Origin: Klebsormidium nitens
Lineage: Eukaryota > Plantae > Klebsormidiophyceae
Assembly (NCBI GenBank): GCA_000708835.1
Contig: DF236977.1
Coordinates: 248,001-312,000 of the forward strand
Length of the DNA: 64,000 nt
Direction of reading: 5' to 3'
Shown: piece by piece, positions 62,761-64,000 of the stretch
Numbering within the stretch: the first letter of the stretch is position 1
Layout of the letters: every line of letters begins with the position of its first letter
Notes under the pieces: model-generated
Seen by the model: only the letters and a program-made list of their open reading frames with translations
Databases searched by the model: none
What the model was told of the DNA's origin: nothing
Position numbers and translations under genes: made by a program

Positions 62761-64000
62761 TTTGGAGAGTCCCAAGTGCAATGCTGAGCCAATTCGACCG
62801 CAACACAATCTGGAGCGAGTGTGGTGGATGAGTTGACGGTGCGCACTGTAAAATGTTGGACGAGGTTGCAGGAGTACTGTATCCTAGTGCGCGACCTCAA
62901 TTACGAGCTGTGCCACCGAGAATCGAGGTGAACGAAGAACGGAATCGCCCCAACTGGAGGAACGGTACCAAGCTGCGCTTGTCACATTGTGCATTGTGGA
63001 TTGTGTACGTGGTGCCTGGGACAGTACCCAATACTGGTCGGTAGAATGTCTATGTGGCAAGGATGTGACTGGATTCTGGAATCTGGACGACCGGTAGTCC
63101 ATTGACTGGATTTGCCGACAAGAAGCGACAGGAAGCAGTTATGACTGCTGCGCATGCAAGCAGTCTACGTAGGCTTGGGATCCTTAATCGACGGTCATGC
63201 GATCTCCAATGCGGTCACAGAGCTTTCGCATCCCGCCACGTTTCACAGCGTTGTGCAGCTAATGCCAGTGCAAGACGTACCGGGCCTAGGTACCTACCTA
63301 TCATCTCCCTTCTATTCCTAGGTACTCAGGTACCGGTAGCCTGGTATGATTCGGCCTGCCTTCAAAGTTCAGAGTCACGAATCAGCAACCGGTCATCATG
63401 CAGTGGATCAGATCCTTCTTCCTCCTCGATCTTGCAACCATCTTTTCTTACCGAATCTGTACATGAATTGTGACAGCAACTGAAAGGGGGCGCTGTGGCC
63501 CTGGGTCAGCAAAGGGGGCACCGAAGTTGCTCATCGCCATTTCCTCCCAAAACTTAGAAGGGAACCAGTCTGACCGGTCTTGGCTTTCATGGTTGTAGTA
63601 ACAATATACCGGTAGATGTGCTCTTTGAGTAGCTTGAGCTGAGGTCCTGCCAGTAGGGGGCTAGTAGGACTTCGGTACTCGGCTAACATGGCCTGGCATT
63701 GGCAGTGTCGCTAGCGCTGTGAATTTTATAAGTTAGTGCTAGTGCTAGTGCACCTGTGAGTATTGCGAGCAGGGTCGCGTATTCCGCTTGAGTAATAGTG
63801 AAAGCAATCTTCAGATGGGGCAGCGCTGCTTACCTTGGGGTTTTGACTTGACGCGACGATCGCTAATCCTTGTAAACCTTGCTTCTATCGTGGAAAAAGC
63901 AGATGAAGTCCTTCTGCCAGCAGGTATGGCTCCTCTGTCAAGCCTTGATTTCAAGTGAAATGCAAGAAAAAGTAATGTCAACCTTTTAGCTTCCTACTTC

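Noticed and set aside
62800-64000. Short ORFs upstream of the SDR
   Set aside because: No motifs or splice-consistent exon chain; treated as intergenic or promoter sequence.

Overview
Intron-rich eukaryotic nuclear DNA with GC-rich exons and GT-AG introns. Gene content is streptophyte-like (QALGGH zinc finger, plastid HEMA, plant-type LpxD, STN7/8-like kinase), which fits a charophyte alga such as Klebsormidium (inference). I assembled ten gene models by hand from splice sites, with reading-frame phases checked at each junction. In order: (1) a >1800-aa multidomain enzyme (catalase-like allene-oxide-synthase domain, FAD oxidoreductase, fatty acyl-AMP ligase, acyl carrier protein) running off the left edge; (2) a Tubby protein without an F-box; (3) an HNH nuclease + telobox-Myb + coiled-coil protein; (4) glutamyl-tRNA reductase; (5) LpxD; (6) a large QALGGH C2H2 zinc-finger protein; (7) a Ubc6/UBE2J-type E2 fused to TPR repeats; (8) a DUF3228-like protein; (9) a conserved plastid protein of unknown function; (10) an STN7/STN8-like kinase with a long C-terminal extension; plus an eleventh, a classical SDR. 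There is one 166-N assembly gap. The most notable items are the fatty-acid-tailoring multidomain enzyme, the E2-TPR fusion and the HNH-telobox fusion. All family assignments rest on motif recognition from memory and manual alignment, not on database searches. Exon models need RNA-seq confirmation.
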